A DNA stretch of 64,000 nucleotides from an uncultured candidate division Zixibacteria bacterium. GTDB taxonomy: Bacteria > Zixibacteria > MSB-5A5 > UBA10806. The notes under the pieces were generated by a model. The model did not search any database. It saw nothing but the letters and a program-made list of their open reading frames with translations, and was not told where the DNA came from. Numbering within the stretch: the stretch's first letter is position 1; each line of letters begins with the position of its first letter. Positions 50,600-61,992 of this stretch are shown here, piece after piece. Both the position numbers and the translations under genes were made by a program. The stretch is taken from contig CAWFQL010000003.1 in the NCBI GenBank assembly GCA_963817915.1, positions 96,001 through 160,000 on the forward strand, written 5' to 3'.

Positions 50600-51913
50600 C
50601 TATTTTTCTGCGCTGTTATCGTTGTCAAGTCTGGAAAATTCGATCCCTTCGCTTTTCAGTTTTCCCAACCGTGAGGACGGTAAACGAATTTTCATTTTCA
50701 TGTAACCATTTTCGGCATTACTATCGAGCACTTGACCCGCGGCGTTAACAATTCCGAACTTTTTGCTATCGCCAATCTCGATATTAACAAGAATAGTCGA
50801 TTTGGAATACTCGAGGTATCGTTCTATTTCAGCACGAGCCCTATTGATACCCTCGCCGCTGGCGGCGGAGATAAACCTTGCTCCGGGATAACGAACCAGA
50901 AGCTGACGGAATAGATCGGGATCATTTCGCTGATCAATTTTATTGAATATTGGAAGAATATTTATATGCGCGCAGTCGAGCTCTTGGAGGATGCCATTGA
51001 CTGTAGCCATCTTGTTTTCGAAATCATCATCGGAAATATCGATGACATGCAGGAGCAGGTCGGCCTCCGATGCCTCGAGCAGGGTCGACTTAAAAGACGC
51101 GACGAGGGAAACCGGCAGCTTTCTGATAAAGCCGACGGTATCCGATAATAGTATTTCATTCTTGCCGGAAAGTTTTACGCGGCGAGTAGTGGAATCGAGA
51201 GTGGCGAAAAGATAATTTTCGGCAATGACTTTTTCTCCGGTCAAAAGATTGAAAATGGTTGATTTGCCGGCGTTGGTGTAGCCGACCAGACAGACATTGA
51301 AAAGATCGGATCGTCGTTTGCGCTGGATATGCCGTTCTCCCTCGATTTCGATTAGCTTCTTTTTAAGGTCGGTAATTCTTTTTCTAACCAGCCGCCTGTC
51401 GGTTTCAAGCTGGGTTTCGCCGGGTCCTCTTGTGCCGATAGCGCCTTCCTGCCGTTCAAGGTGGGTCCACCCGCCTGCCAGACGAGGCAGTATATATTGC
51501 ATTTGAGCCAATTCCACCTGAGCCTGGGCCTCATGGCTTTTGGCGTGAATAGCGAAAATATCGAGGATCAGTCCGGGACGATCGATGACTTGTTTGCCGA
51601 GACGTTTCTCGAGATTGACCTGCTGCGATGGCGAAAGTGTAGTGTCGAATACAATTATATCGGCTTTTCTCTCGCTGGCCATATCCGCAAGCTCATCGAC
51701 CTTGCCCTTACCGAGCAACGATGATGGATTGAAATGATCAAGCGATTGTGTCAGTCTCCCGACAACTTTCGCGCCCGCGGTTCGGCAAAGGCTGGCGAGT
51801 TCGTCAAGAAGCCCCTCAATCTGGACTTCGGATTCCTTTTTGAGAAAGGCACCAACAACAATAGCGCGCTGCTTGATTTTCTTTTTTGAGGTTTCGTATA
51901 GGAATGATTTCAA
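50600..51913 (-). CDS. hflX: GTPase HflX
   Basis: RGPGETQLETDRR, GYTNAGKST, LFATLD, DTVGFI and NKID. Confidence 0.95.
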   Translation of the reverse strand: MKSFLYETSKKKIKQRAIVVGAFLKKESEVQIEGLLDELASLCRTAGAKVVGRLTQSLDHFNPSSLLGKGKVDELADMASERKADIIVFDTTLSPSQQVNLEKRLGKQVIDRPGLILDIFAIHAKSHEAQAQVELAQMQYILPRLAGGWTHLERQEGAIGTRGPGETQLETDRRLVRKRITDLKKKLIEIEGERHIQRKRRSDLFNVCLVGYTNAGKSTIFNLLTGEKVIAENYLFATLDSTTRRVKLSGKNEILLSDTVGFIRKLPVSLVASFKSTLLEASEADLLLHVIDISDDDFENKMATVNGILQELDCAHINILPIFNKIDQRNDPDLFRQLLVRYPGARFISAASGEGINRARAEIERYLEYSKSTILVNIEIGDSKKFGIVNAAGQVLDSNAENGYMKMKIRLPSSRLGKLKSEGIEFSRLDNDNSAEK

Positions 51914-52170
51914 TCTTTAGTTCGTTCCTCCAATAGCGTGATAATAGACGCGGCATTCTTTTTCGGCATATTTTTGGGCGGCAGTGAAACTACTTGAATC
52001 TTTTTGTAAAATCTGGGGGTGTCTATTTCGATAATTGCGCCGACATGTACTTCTTTTGCTGGTTTGGCAACGAGATTGTCGACAAACACCATCGAGGATG
52101 AAATCGCCTCTGCTCCCAGCGATCTGCTGGGAAAAATTCTGGCGGCGAAAAGAAATTTATCGAGACGCAT
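51910..52170 (-). CDS. S4-domain ribosome-associated protein (Hsp15-like)
   Basis: MRLDKFL..AR....RS, AKPAKEV. Confidence 0.8.
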   Translation of the reverse strand: MRLDKFLFAARIFPSRSLGAEAISSSMVFVDNLVAKPAKEVHVGAIIEIDTPRFYKKIQVVSLPPKNMPKKNAASIITLLEERTKD

Positions 52171-53465
52171 TACATCCTCTTATCGATATAAATCTCCGCC
52201 GACGCCTTTTTGAGCAATTCCTGAATTTGCTTCTGTGTTTTATCTCTTTTTGCCATTTCTTCAAGAGTTTTATAATCTTCTTTTATATCAAGCGCACTTG
52301 CAGATCGTTTCTCTTCCAATTTTACTATATGGTATCCAAAGTCGCTCAAAACCGGCCTGGAGGTCTGGCCTACATCAAGCCCGGTCAGCGCCTCGGTAAA
52401 CGCGGGCAGGAGATCATCAGCTGCATACCAGCCAAGCTCTCCGCCGTCTTTGGCCGTATTTTCATCCTGGGAATATTGTTTGGCCAATTCCGAAAAATCG
52501 GCGCCATTTTGAATCAGGCTGGATAGACTATCCGCAAGCGCCATTTTTTTCTTTAAATCTTCATCTGAAGGCGTGAGTCGAATCAGAATATGGCTGGCCT
52601 TAACTTTGTCGCCCTTTCGTCCGTCGCACTTGATAATATGAAATCCGAATTGAGTTTCTATGACGTCGGAAATCTGGCCGGGCTGCATAGAGAACGCGGC
52701 ATTTTCGAATTCAGCAACCATCTCGCCGCGCGAAAACCACCCTATATCGCCACCCGAAGACGCGCTCGGGTCCTGGGAAAAATTCTTGGCCAGCAGCCCG
52801 AAATCTTCGCCGGCTCGGGCTTTGTCTCTTATCATTACTGCATATTGATACAGGGAATCTCGGGTCGATTTACCGGCGGAAGTGCTTATCAATATATGGG
52901 CAAGCCTGACACCTGCGGGCTTTTGGGGTAGAGAATCTCTATTGGCTTCGTAAAATCTGATTACTTCTCCGGATGAAACTTTGCTCTTGGCAAGCTTCTG
53001 CTGGAGCAATTTCTCCTTCATCAGCTGGTTTTTGACTTCACTTCGATATTGATCGCGCAACTCCTTAAGGGTCAATCCTTCCGCTCGAAGCTGGCTGACA
53101 AAGGCCTCCTCGGTTGGAAATTGAGCCTTAATTCGTTCGATTTGGGCTGTCAGCGCGGTTTCGACATCTTTATTGGTGACATTGATTGTAGTGTCTCGTT
53201 CTGCTTCGACGAGCAAAATCTTATCCTCAATCATTCTGTCCAGCAGAGTTCTCTTCAAACTGTCCGCGAAAGCGGAATCGGATATTTGTATTTTATTTTG
53301 CAGGGCTACAAGCTGCAATTGCGCATCGAGCTCGGAATTGAGGATAATGTATTTATCCACAACCGCGGCAATTCCATCGATTTTTTCGCCTCTGGCATTC
53401 GGCGAGAAAAGTAAACATAGAAGGAGAGCGCTAAACCATCTCATTTTGGTAGTTCCTGATTTCAT
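52170..53465 (-). CDS. surA: SurA-like chaperone/PPIase with two parvulin domains
   Basis: IDGIAAVVD..IIL.SE N-terminal domain; two HIL...GG(D/E)xGW...FG(F/Y)HI parvulin units. Confidence 0.8.
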   Translation of the reverse strand: MKSGTTKMRWFSALLLCLLFSPNARGEKIDGIAAVVDKYIILNSELDAQLQLVALQNKIQISDSAFADSLKRTLLDRMIEDKILLVEAERDTTINVTNKDVETALTAQIERIKAQFPTEEAFVSQLRAEGLTLKELRDQYRSEVKNQLMKEKLLQQKLAKSKVSSGEVIRFYEANRDSLPQKPAGVRLAHILISTSAGKSTRDSLYQYAVMIRDKARAGEDFGLLAKNFSQDPSASSGGDIGWFSRGEMVAEFENAAFSMQPGQISDVIETQFGFHIIKCDGRKGDKVKASHILIRLTPSDEDLKKKMALADSLSSLIQNGADFSELAKQYSQDENTAKDGGELGWYAADDLLPAFTEALTGLDVGQTSRPVLSDFGYHIVKLEEKRSASALDIKEDYKTLEEMAKRDKTQKQIQELLKKASAEIYIDKRM

Positions 53466-54322
53466 TGGGCGGTTGGCGCGCTGCCAGGCAGTGGAGGACG
53501 TTCGATCTTGGCCTTGGATTTCAAGTCCGCAATAACGCTATCGAGATACGCGGCTCGTTTTTCTTTCGTCAGGCTGTCTGCCAATGTTTGCTTTACCTCG
53601 AGCGAATCCATAGGAGCACCAGCCGCCTGGCGATCCGTGAGCTTCAGGAGATGATAACCGTATTGCGATTTAAATGGTTTTGAATATTCGCCGATCTTCA
53701 AATTCGTAAGCGCATCGGCAAAAATCGGTATTTGATCTAGAGTGAAATATCCGATATCGCCGCCAACTTCCGCGCTTCTTCTGTCTTTGGACAAATCCAT
53801 AGCCAATTTTCCGAAATCGTCGCCTTTCTTGAGGCGATTATATATCGCATTGGCATCGGTCTCAGATTCAACCATTATATGGCTTGCCCTGAATCGTTCT
53901 TTATCCAGTCGAAATGAATTCTTTTGTATCGCGTAAACAGAATCGACAGTCGCCGGAGTGACATTTATTTTGTTTATGACTTCGCTATTTACAAATTTGC
54001 TTGCGACTGCTTCGCTGGTACTGAATTTTATCGCGGCCTGGACTTCAGGGTCTTTGTCTAACCCAAGTTCGACACCTTTTTCATAGAGAAGCTGTGTGCT
54101 TATCCAGGTATCGATCATTTTGGGGAGATTTTCGCCGAGAACCTGATCCCTGCTTTCCGGAGGAAACTGCGAGAGCAGGTCTTCCATGGTCAACGTATGA
54201 TTATTGACTTTCGCAAGAACGGTACCTGTCGTTTGCCCTGGCGTTGTATCGGTTTTTTCGCCCTTGGAACAGGAAACAAATATTACCATCATCGAAATTA
54301 AAATTGTCACTAAGAGCTTCAT
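53462..54322 (-). CDS. Lipoprotein parvulin PPIase (PrsA/PpiC-like)
   Basis: Lipobox FVSC, with ASHIMV, GGDIGYF and YGYHL. Confidence 0.85.
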   Translation of the reverse strand: MKLLVTILISMMVIFVSCSKGEKTDTTPGQTTGTVLAKVNNHTLTMEDLLSQFPPESRDQVLGENLPKMIDTWISTQLLYEKGVELGLDKDPEVQAAIKFSTSEAVASKFVNSEVINKINVTPATVDSVYAIQKNSFRLDKERFRASHIMVESETDANAIYNRLKKGDDFGKLAMDLSKDRRSAEVGGDIGYFTLDQIPIFADALTNLKIGEYSKPFKSQYGYHLLKLTDRQAAGAPMDSLEVKQTLADSLTKEKRAAYLDSVIADLKSKAKIERPPLPGSAPTAQ

Positions 54323-54333
54323 TTTTTCTCCTA

Positions 54334-56053
54334 TTATTTACCATTTTTTGTCGTGTCAGGAATCGATGTCGTAATTAGATTGTTCTTAATCAAATCTAAG
54401 TCCATTGTATAGTTATTTTCAGCCCTTCGGGATTCCAGCCATTTCGTCGGAGCTTCATTGTATCGCTGGCCCTTTACCCTATTAATTACCTCAGGGCGCG
54501 CGAGATCAAACGTCTTTAGTTTTTCAGGAGTATAATCCAACATTCTAAAAACCCAGAATGTACCTTTGATATTGACCGGACCGCCAAGTTCTCCTTTTTT
54601 CATTTTCTGGCATTCATTGAAAATCTCGGGGTATTGATTAAAAGTAAAATAACCGAGGTCTCCACCGCTCGAATTAGTGGAAGGGTCGATCGAATACTTT
54701 CGAGCGAGCTCCGAGAAGGAGCCGCCATCCTTTAATTTTTTCAGTATATCGTTTGCCTCAGCCTGTGTTTTCAATGCTATTCCAACAGCTTTAGCCTTGG
54801 CCATCAACATGAAATCTTTTCGGTGTTCGTTGAAATATTTTTCAATATCGGCATCGGTGATTTGCCCCATCTCGCCAATTAACTTTTCGCGCATTTTTTG
54901 GGCCAATTGAGATCCGGTCGAATTCTGAATAGAGGCTATAAAGCCTTCACGTTTTTCCATGCCCTCATCTTTGGCGCATCTTTCCAGAAGCGGCGGCATC
55001 ACCAGACGCTGCAATATCCTATCGACTGAACCGAGAAACCTGAGATCGGCGCTGGAATTTCCCTGGAATTGTTTGAGCTGCATCAAAAATGACTTCAGAT
55101 CTACCTCGCCCCCATCGTATGTAGCAATCGGCAATAACAATTCATTTTCTTTAAATAATTCAGGTTTCAGATACGCCGCCGAAGGCAGTATTTTTCTGCG
55201 GAATTTCGGCGGATTTTGCCGAATCAGCTCTATTGTTAACAAGATCAAGAGTAGATTGAACAATTTTGTAATGGTATCTGGATTTGACCTCATCCAGGAA
55301 TTCGATATTGCGAACCCTAACTTTATACAATCTAACTGCATCGAGATACTTGCTTTTGGCATTTTCATAATCGGTAATCGTATTTTGACTGCGCCCGTTT
55401 AACCTGACGATATGCCATCCATAAAAAGTATGGATGGGCTTTGAAATTTCTCCCGGCTTCATTTCGTACGCCGCATCTTCAATTTTATCATCAAATTTTC
55501 CGCGAGTGGCCGTTCCGAGATTTCCGCCATTCGCTGCCGTGACAGGATCGGTCGAAAATTTTTTGGCAAGGTCCTCAAAATTCGCGCCGGCCTTGATTGC
55601 GGTATAAAGGCTTTCGGCCAGGTTGGCATCCGCCACCAGGATATGGCTGGCGTCATACTGCCCGCCGTATTTATCGAAAAACCATTTGGCGTCTTTTTCG
55701 GTAACATTGACTTTATCAACTATTTCAAAATTATATAATTCCTGCACAAGCGATCGTTTATAAAAAACGCTATCGACTTCAACAGTAAGGCCGTTCTGCT
55801 TCGCGCCTTCTTCGAGAAGGAACCTATCGCGCATCTGCTCTACAAATCCTTTTTTTCTTTCAAATTCATCTTGTGGGGAACGGAATTGAACTCCGTCAAG
55901 TTTTTTCTCGATATCTCCCAGAGTTAATTTTTCATCGCCGACCTGAAGGACTATGCGGCTGTCTTTAAGCCGCGGATTTTCTTTGGGCGCATTGGAGCAT
56001 CCGATATAAATCAGAGCGATTAAAGCGAACAGCGAAAGAATCATTCGTTTCAT
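54334..56053 (-). CDS. Lipoprotein with two parvulin PPIase domains; frameshift near 55193
   Basis: Lipobox YIGC. First parvulin (ASHILV, GGNLG, YGWHI) in ORF 55160..56167. Second (GGDLGYF) in ORF 54334..55368. The join is at an A5 run. Confidence 0.8.
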
Positions 56054-56117
56054 GATATAATGCCTCAATGGTTTTTCGGATTTAGTCTGTTTTTGTTCCA
56101 CAGCCTTCGAATTTAAT

Positions 56118-59100
56118 TTAATCCGATAATGACTGCAAGGTCTTTTTAAGCCGTTCACTGCTATCATTATCGAGTTTCATATATAGTTTCAAGGCATCGG
56201 AGGATTTAAACTCCATTTTGCCGTTTATCCTCTTACGCCACCCTTCAATTTCGGTTTTGGTGAACGTCCGATTTTTGCGGAATTCAATGAATAACTCGCC
56301 TCTTTTGAATATCAGCTTTTCGGCGCCTAATTTATAGGCGAGGATACGAGCGTGTGCCAGATTTAGGAGATTTTCGACGGCTGTAGGGAATTGCCCGAAA
56401 CGATCCTGCAGTTCGTCGGACAGCGATTTGACTTTTGCTGGGTCATTGATGTCGGAAAGGTCTCTATATATTTCTACCCTGAGATTGGGATCATCGATAT
56501 ATGATTCCGGAATAAATAGATCGAGATCGGTTTGGATTTTAAGATCGATCCGTTCGCTGACAGGGCCTTTCTGGCGGATTTCTGCGACCGCCTCTTCCAA
56601 CAAACGGCAATACAAATCAAACCCAACTTCTTCGATAAATCCGTGCTGCTGCGCGCCGAGAATATTGCCCGCGCCGCGAATTTCGAGGTCTCTCATTGCC
56701 AGATGAAATCCGGAACCTAATTCGGTGAATTCCTCGATAGCCCGAAGCCGTTTGCGCGCTTTTTCAGTCAATGATTTCAACGGTGGAACCAGCAGAAACG
56801 CGGAGGCACGGCGACTGGATCGTCCGACTCGTCCCCTGAGCTGATAGAGTTGCGCAAGGCCAAGTTTGTCGGCTCGGTTTACGATTATAGTATTCACAGA
56901 TGGTATATCCAGACCGGATTCAATGATAGTGGTGGCCAGGAGAACCTGGAATTTCTTGTGATAAAAACCCATCATTACCTTTTCGAGATGATGCTCCGGC
57001 ATCTGGCCATGACCTACGCCGATCTCGATGGCGGGCAGGAGCCGTTTCAGGTAACGATAAATGGCATCGATGGATTCCACCCGATTATGCACAAAGAAAA
57101 CCTGCCCTTCTCTGGCAAGCTCCCGTTCAATCGCTTCTTTGATTATTCTATCAGAGAATAAAGCAACTTCAGTGGATATTGGCAATCGATCCTTGGGGGG
57201 GGTATTGATAATCGACATATCTCTCGCGCCAAGCAGGGAAAGCTGCAATGTCCGAGGTATGGGTGTCGCGGTCAATGTCAGAGTGTCGATTTGCGATTTG
57301 AGATGGCGGATTCTCTCTTTATGAGTGACGCCAAACCTGTGTTCCTCATCGATAACCAATAGGCCGAGGTCTTTGAATTCTAAATCTTTTTGAAGGAGCT
57401 TATGCGTACCAATTACTATATCGATAGTTCCATTTTTCAAGCCTTCTTTGACTTGTTTAGCCTCTAATGGAGAGCGGAATCTGGATAGAAGTTCGATTTT
57501 AACCGGGAATTGTGCCATCCGTTCGCGGAAGGTATTCAGATGCTGTTGCGCCAGGATTGTGGTTGGAACAAGCACTGCTACTTGCTTTGATGAATCGACC
57601 GCCTTGAATGCCGCCCTGATAGCGACTTCGGTCTTACCGTAGCCGACATCGCCGCAAATCAGGCGATCCATGGGGGTGCTTTTCTGCATATCGCTCTTGA
57701 TATCATCGATTGCTTTCTGCTGGTCGGGAGTCTCCTCGAACGGGAATGACGCTTCTAATTCACGGAGCCATTGAGAATCAGGATTAAAAGCGAATCCCGG
57801 CAGGGCCTGTCTTTTGGCATAAAGCGCGATAAGCTCCTCGGCCATATCCATGATGGCCTTCTTGGCGCGAGCCTTAACTCGTTCCCAGGCGCCGGTTCCA
57901 AGATGGGATAATGTCGGCGCGCCTTCCTTGCCCGAGAATTTTTGAACACGCGAAAATTCCTCAATAGGTACATATAATTTGTCATTGTCCGCGTAGAAAA
58001 TCAGAAGACAATCTCGTTTGCGGCCATCGACCATAATGGTTTCGAGCCCTTTATACTTGCCGATACCGTAATCTATATGAACCACATAATCGCCGGGCTG
58101 CAGGCTTTGATAGCTTGATAAGGCAATGCCCTCTTTGAAACGGCGCGTTTTCTTACGTATCGCAAAACGGGAAAAAATCTCGTGGTCAGTCAAAAACCAG
58201 ATTGCCACGGAGGGTATTCCAAAACCGGATGATATACGTTTGGGCTCCATCGGAAGCGATAAATCATATTCCGATAGTAATTCCGCCAGGCGGCGTTTTT
58301 GTGATTCACCATCGCAGAATATGATAGAAGTCTGTCCCCGCTGGTAGTACTCATTGAGTTTCTCGGCGAACATTTTTACATGAGAGCCGCATGGTTCCTG
58401 CGGGATTGTCGGTATTGATATGCCGGATACACCGTCTTTTATTAAGCCGGCTAATTCAATTTTGATTGTTTGGGTGATTTTGGCTTTGATTTTCTCGTAG
58501 CCGACATAAACCTTTTCAGGCTCGCCGAATGGTGTGTCTTTTCTATCTTCATATCTTTCCGAGGCCTTCTCGAATGTTTGTTCGATTTCGCTCCAGATAA
58601 ATCCGGGGTCATCGAGAATAATCAGGGTATCCTTGGGTAGATGCTCCAGCAGACTGCAGTTACTACTTTCGAAAAGAGTGGAAAGGAATTCGAGGCCGTC
58701 GAATGTGCTATTCGGCCCGAGAGCCTGATGAAGAGCGATGGCGTTATCCTGGGGCAATTCATTCGCGGCCAGATCGACAGTCTCCATGTCGATTAATATT
58801 TCGCGCAATGGCAGTATGACGGCGCCATCCTGTTTTTCGAGCGATCTCTGGGATAGCACCGAAAATGTCCTGATCGAATCGATTTCATCGCCGAAAAACT
58901 CGATTCGCACAGGCTCCGAATGAGTGGCTGGGAATATATCTATAAGCCCACCCCTGACAGCAAAATCGCCCAATTGTTCGACAACCGGCCGTCGGGAATA
59001 TCCCATTTTCACGAGCCGTTCGGCAAAATCCGCGGGATCGATTTCCTGGCCTTCTTCGATTTCAATGGAAAGCTCGATTATTTTTATTGGGTTGATAGTC

Positions 59101-59483
59101 GGTTCAATCAATGAAACCGCCGGGGCGCAGATGATTGATTTTCGTTGACGGCTCAGATCATGGATTGTTTTCAATCTATCGCCGATATTTTCAGCGTGAG
59201 GCGCCCTTATTTCATACGGCTGAATCTCCCACGACGGAAAGAGTGAGACTTTGTCCTCATTTAGAAATGCCGCCATATCATCGTAAGCCTTTTCCGATGA
59301 TTCCTGATCCGGCGAGACATATAAAATTGTCCGTTGTGTTTTGTGAAATATCCAGCTTGCCAGCAGAGTGCGCGAAGAGCCGACCAGGCCGGATATTGAA
59401 ATAGCCTGTTCGCCATTGGAAATTTTATCCAAAAGCGACCGGAAACCGGGGATATTTTCTAATACTCTGATTTTTTCTATCAT
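56118..59483 (-). CDS. mfd: Transcription-repair coupling factor
   Basis: GDVGYGKT, DEEHRFG, TATPIPRT, QLRGRVGR and RDLEIRGAGN. Confidence 0.97.
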   Translation of the reverse strand: MIEKIRVLENIPGFRSLLDKISNGEQAISISGLVGSSRTLLASWIFHKTQRTILYVSPDQESSEKAYDDMAAFLNEDKVSLFPSWEIQPYEIRAPHAENIGDRLKTIHDLSRQRKSIICAPAVSLIEPTINPIKIIELSIEIEEGQEIDPADFAERLVKMGYSRRPVVEQLGDFAVRGGLIDIFPATHSEPVRIEFFGDEIDSIRTFSVLSQRSLEKQDGAVILPLREILIDMETVDLAANELPQDNAIALHQALGPNSTFDGLEFLSTLFESSNCSLLEHLPKDTLIILDDPGFIWSEIEQTFEKASERYEDRKDTPFGEPEKVYVGYEKIKAKITQTIKIELAGLIKDGVSGISIPTIPQEPCGSHVKMFAEKLNEYYQRGQTSIIFCDGESQKRRLAELLSEYDLSLPMEPKRISSGFGIPSVAIWFLTDHEIFSRFAIRKKTRRFKEGIALSSYQSLQPGDYVVHIDYGIGKYKGLETIMVDGRKRDCLLIFYADNDKLYVPIEEFSRVQKFSGKEGAPTLSHLGTGAWERVKARAKKAIMDMAEELIALYAKRQALPGFAFNPDSQWLRELEASFPFEETPDQQKAIDDIKSDMQKSTPMDRLICGDVGYGKTEVAIRAAFKAVDSSKQVAVLVPTTILAQQHLNTFRERMAQFPVKIELLSRFRSPLEAKQVKEGLKNGTIDIVIGTHKLLQKDLEFKDLGLLVIDEEHRFGVTHKERIRHLKSQIDTLTLTATPIPRTLQLSLLGARDMSIINTPPKDRLPISTEVALFSDRIIKEAIERELAREGQVFFVHNRVESIDAIYRYLKRLLPAIEIGVGHGQMPEHHLEKVMMGFYHKKFQVLLATTIIESGLDIPSVNTIIVNRADKLGLAQLYQLRGRVGRSSRRASAFLLVPPLKSLTEKARKRLRAIEEFTELGSGFHLAMRDLEIRGAGNILGAQQHGFIEEVGFDLYCRLLEEAVAEIRQKGPVSERIDLKIQTDLDLFIPESYIDDPNLRVEIYRDLSDINDPAKVKSLSDELQDRFGQFPTAVENLLNLAHARILAYKLGAEKLIFKRGELFIEFRKNRTFTKTEIEGWRKRINGKMEFKSSDALKLYMKLDNDSSERLKKTLQSLSD

Positions 59484-59498
59484 ATTAATACAAACGTC

Positions 59499-59528
59499 AA
59501 AACCCCGATCTCAAAATGAGACGGGGTA
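59499..59528 (-). terminator. Terminator-like hairpin between the methyltransferase gene and mfd
   Basis: AAAACCCCGATCTCA-AAA-TGAGACGGGGT. Confidence 0.55.
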
Positions 59529-59562
59529 TCAATGCACAAAATATCCTGCTGAATCTAAGCTC

Positions 59563-60301
59563 TTACTCCTCCTTTTGAGCGACCAGTATCATACGTGGGG
59601 CTGAAGCGCTGTATAATGCGCCATCGAAATCGCCGTAAACATCGGTCAATACAAGTCCGGCCTTATTGAAAAGATCGAGCATTTCGGTCAAGGTGTAGAG
59701 CCTGATGGAATAATTGGCTTCTTTCATCTCGCCGGTCTGCAATATCAATTGGTTGGTAAGCTCGAGTCGAGAGCGGAAGAAATCGAAAAACCTGTCTTCC
59801 AGTAGATAGGCATGGTTTTCCCTTGTCCAGCGACGAGGCACCAGAGTTTGGATTGCGATATTCGCGATTGAGAACATCCATCAGGAATTGGCCGCCCGGT
59901 TTGAGGGCCTTGTGGACACCCTTCAATACTTGCAGGTCTTCTTCTTCATGTTCGAAAAAGCCGAAGGCGGTGAACATATTAATAACGGCGTCGTATTCAG
60001 ATTCGAATGGTATCTGGCGCATATCGCCCTGGATGAGGTCGATATTGACCTTCATGGTGTCGGCGACATCCTTGGCCCGTTTCAGGAAGCTTTCGGAGAG
60101 ATCGTATCCGGTGACGACTAATCCTTTTTGAGCCAGCACAACCGAATGCCGTCCAAAGCCGCAGGCCAGATCGAGTATCTTTTTGCCTTTTTCGATTTGA
60201 AGCATCCTGATAACGGAATCAGCTTCTTTCGATGTTTGCCCTTCGTCATGTTTATAAAGTTTGAGATAGTCATCGTTAAAAAATTTACGCCACCATTCCA
60301 T
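59563..60301 (-). CDS. Class I SAM-dependent methyltransferase; frameshift near 59858
   Basis: ILDLACGFGRH, GDMR, FTAFGFF and LKPGG; C-terminus IRLYT..E...VYGDFDG is in the second frame. Confidence 0.88.
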
Positions 60302-60303
60302 AT

Positions 60304-61185
60304 TTATCTCCGTTCCGCTATCGCGAATGATATTATCTTATATGCCAGCCGAGCCGCCGCAAAATCAGGATAGTTCACGCCCGGTATCGGAGCCATTTCC
60401 ACTATATCGGCTCCGACTATATTTTTCGATTTGCCTAAGGTTTTAATTATTTCCAAAGTTTCATCCCAGAGAAGCCCCCCCGGTTCGGGTGTGCCTACAG
60501 CGGGCATCACCGAGGGATCAAATCCATCAAGATCGAAAGTAATATAAACATCGGATGATAGCATTGAAAGTATTTTCGAGATCGAGTTTGGATCTCTATG
60601 AAATTGAGACGCGGATATAATTCTGCCATCGGCCAATGCCTTGTTTTCATTATCGGAACCGCAAAAGCTTCTGATACCAACAGAAACGAAATCGCAAATT
60701 TCTCCGATTCTCGACATCACCGCGGCGTGTGAAAATTTGGTGCCTTGATATTCGTCTCTCAAATCACTGTGAGCATCGATCTGTAAAACCGAAATTTTGG
60801 GATATTTTGATTTGTGGGCTTTGACCAGCGGGAATGAAATCGAATGCTCGCCGCCTAATGTCAGCAGGAATTTTTTATCATCGAGAATACCGGTCGCGGC
60901 GGATTCGATTTTTTCCATCATGGCATCGGGGCCGGATGCTTCCTGCTCCAGTTCACCAAGCGTGGCGATTCCTACAGAACAGGGATCCCCCTTGAAATCG
61001 AAATCGTATGTCTCCACCTGTCTTGATGCGGCGATGATTGCCTGCGGGCCAAGCCTTGTCCCGGCGCCATAGCTGACTGTTGCCTCGTAAGGAATCGGCA
61101 AGACGACGGCTTTGGCGTTGGCGTAATTCGATAATTTATCATCGAGCGCCAAAAAATTCCAGGGATAGAGGTGATTCGGTTTCAT
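60304..61185 (-). CDS. speB: Agmatinase
   Basis: GGEHSI, DAHSD, DLDGFDP, GTPEPGG and DIVE. Confidence 0.92.
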   Translation of the reverse strand: MKPNHLYPWNFLALDDKLSNYANAKAVVLPIPYEATVSYGAGTRLGPQAIIAASRQVETYDFDFKGDPCSVGIATLGELEQEASGPDAMMEKIESAATGILDDKKFLLTLGGEHSISFPLVKAHKSKYPKISVLQIDAHSDLRDEYQGTKFSHAAVMSRIGEICDFVSVGIRSFCGSDNENKALADGRIISASQFHRDPNSISKILSMLSSDVYITFDLDGFDPSVMPAVGTPEPGGLLWDETLEIIKTLGKSKNIVGADIVEMAPIPGVNYPDFAAARLAYKIISFAIAERR

Positions 61186-61188
61186 AGA

Positions 61189-61908
61189 TTAGCTGCAGAC
61201 AAACCAGAGCCTGGATGCTGCCTCTATTTCCTCCCTCGTGTCATAAGAACTCACCATTATCTTCGTAAATCCGCTTTTCCGCAAGCCGTTTATAATATCG
61301 GAAGGGGGATAGCTTCGTTCAACGATTTTCTGAAATACCCGGTTATATTTTTGCCCGTCTTTGATAAACGCCTCTATAAAAATATCGGACATCATTTTTT
61401 CCTGATAATAATACCCATAATAAAATAAAGTGAATTTATCGGTTCTTTTAATATTGATCTCTTCCCATTCTTCCATGCCTGATGGTGTCACGAAATCGAA
61501 AATAAAAAACCCGCCGGTCTTTAGATGTCGTCGGGCGTTCCGAAATACTTGATTGAGATGAGAGAGCGAATTCATATGATTGGCAGAATCGAAAAGCAGC
61601 AATGCCATATCGAATTTTTTATTTATCCTGACCTTGGCGGCATCGCCATGAACAAATTTGTATTGCGGGCATTTCTTGCGCGCCACTTTTAGCATTGAAG
61701 ATGAAATGTCGACACCAGTGAAAGCGATCTTATTTTTTGAAAGCGATTTTTCGAGTTCGCCCGTACCACATGCAAGGTCGAGGATTGTCGAGGGCTTGAC
61801 GCCTCTTAATTTGAAGAATGCATTTAGCCGTTCGGCAGAGCTTCGGGCAAATGAATTCCAGCCCAGCATGTCGTAATATCGGGCAAAATCGCCGTATAGA
61901 TTTTTCAT
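61189..61908 (-). CDS. Class I SAM-dependent methyltransferase
   Basis: Y..FARYYD, ILDLACGTG, GVDIS..ML, FDSANH and HLK.GG.FIFD. Confidence 0.88.
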   Translation of the reverse strand: MKNLYGDFARYYDMLGWNSFARSSAERLNAFFKLRGVKPSTILDLACGTGELEKSLSKNKIAFTGVDISSSMLKVARKKCPQYKFVHGDAAKVRINKKFDMALLLFDSANHMNSLSHLNQVFRNARRHLKTGGFFIFDFVTPSGMEEWEEINIKRTDKFTLFYYGYYYQEKMMSDIFIEAFIKDGQKYNRVFQKIVERSYPPSDIINGLRKSGFTKIMVSSYDTREEIEAASRLWFVCS

Positions 61909-61992
61909 TTCATGAAATGGCTATTTGGGGGTTGAAATTAAAGGGCTCTTTCGTCATCTGATTGAGCCCTTTGGATTTTCCGATTCTATTCT

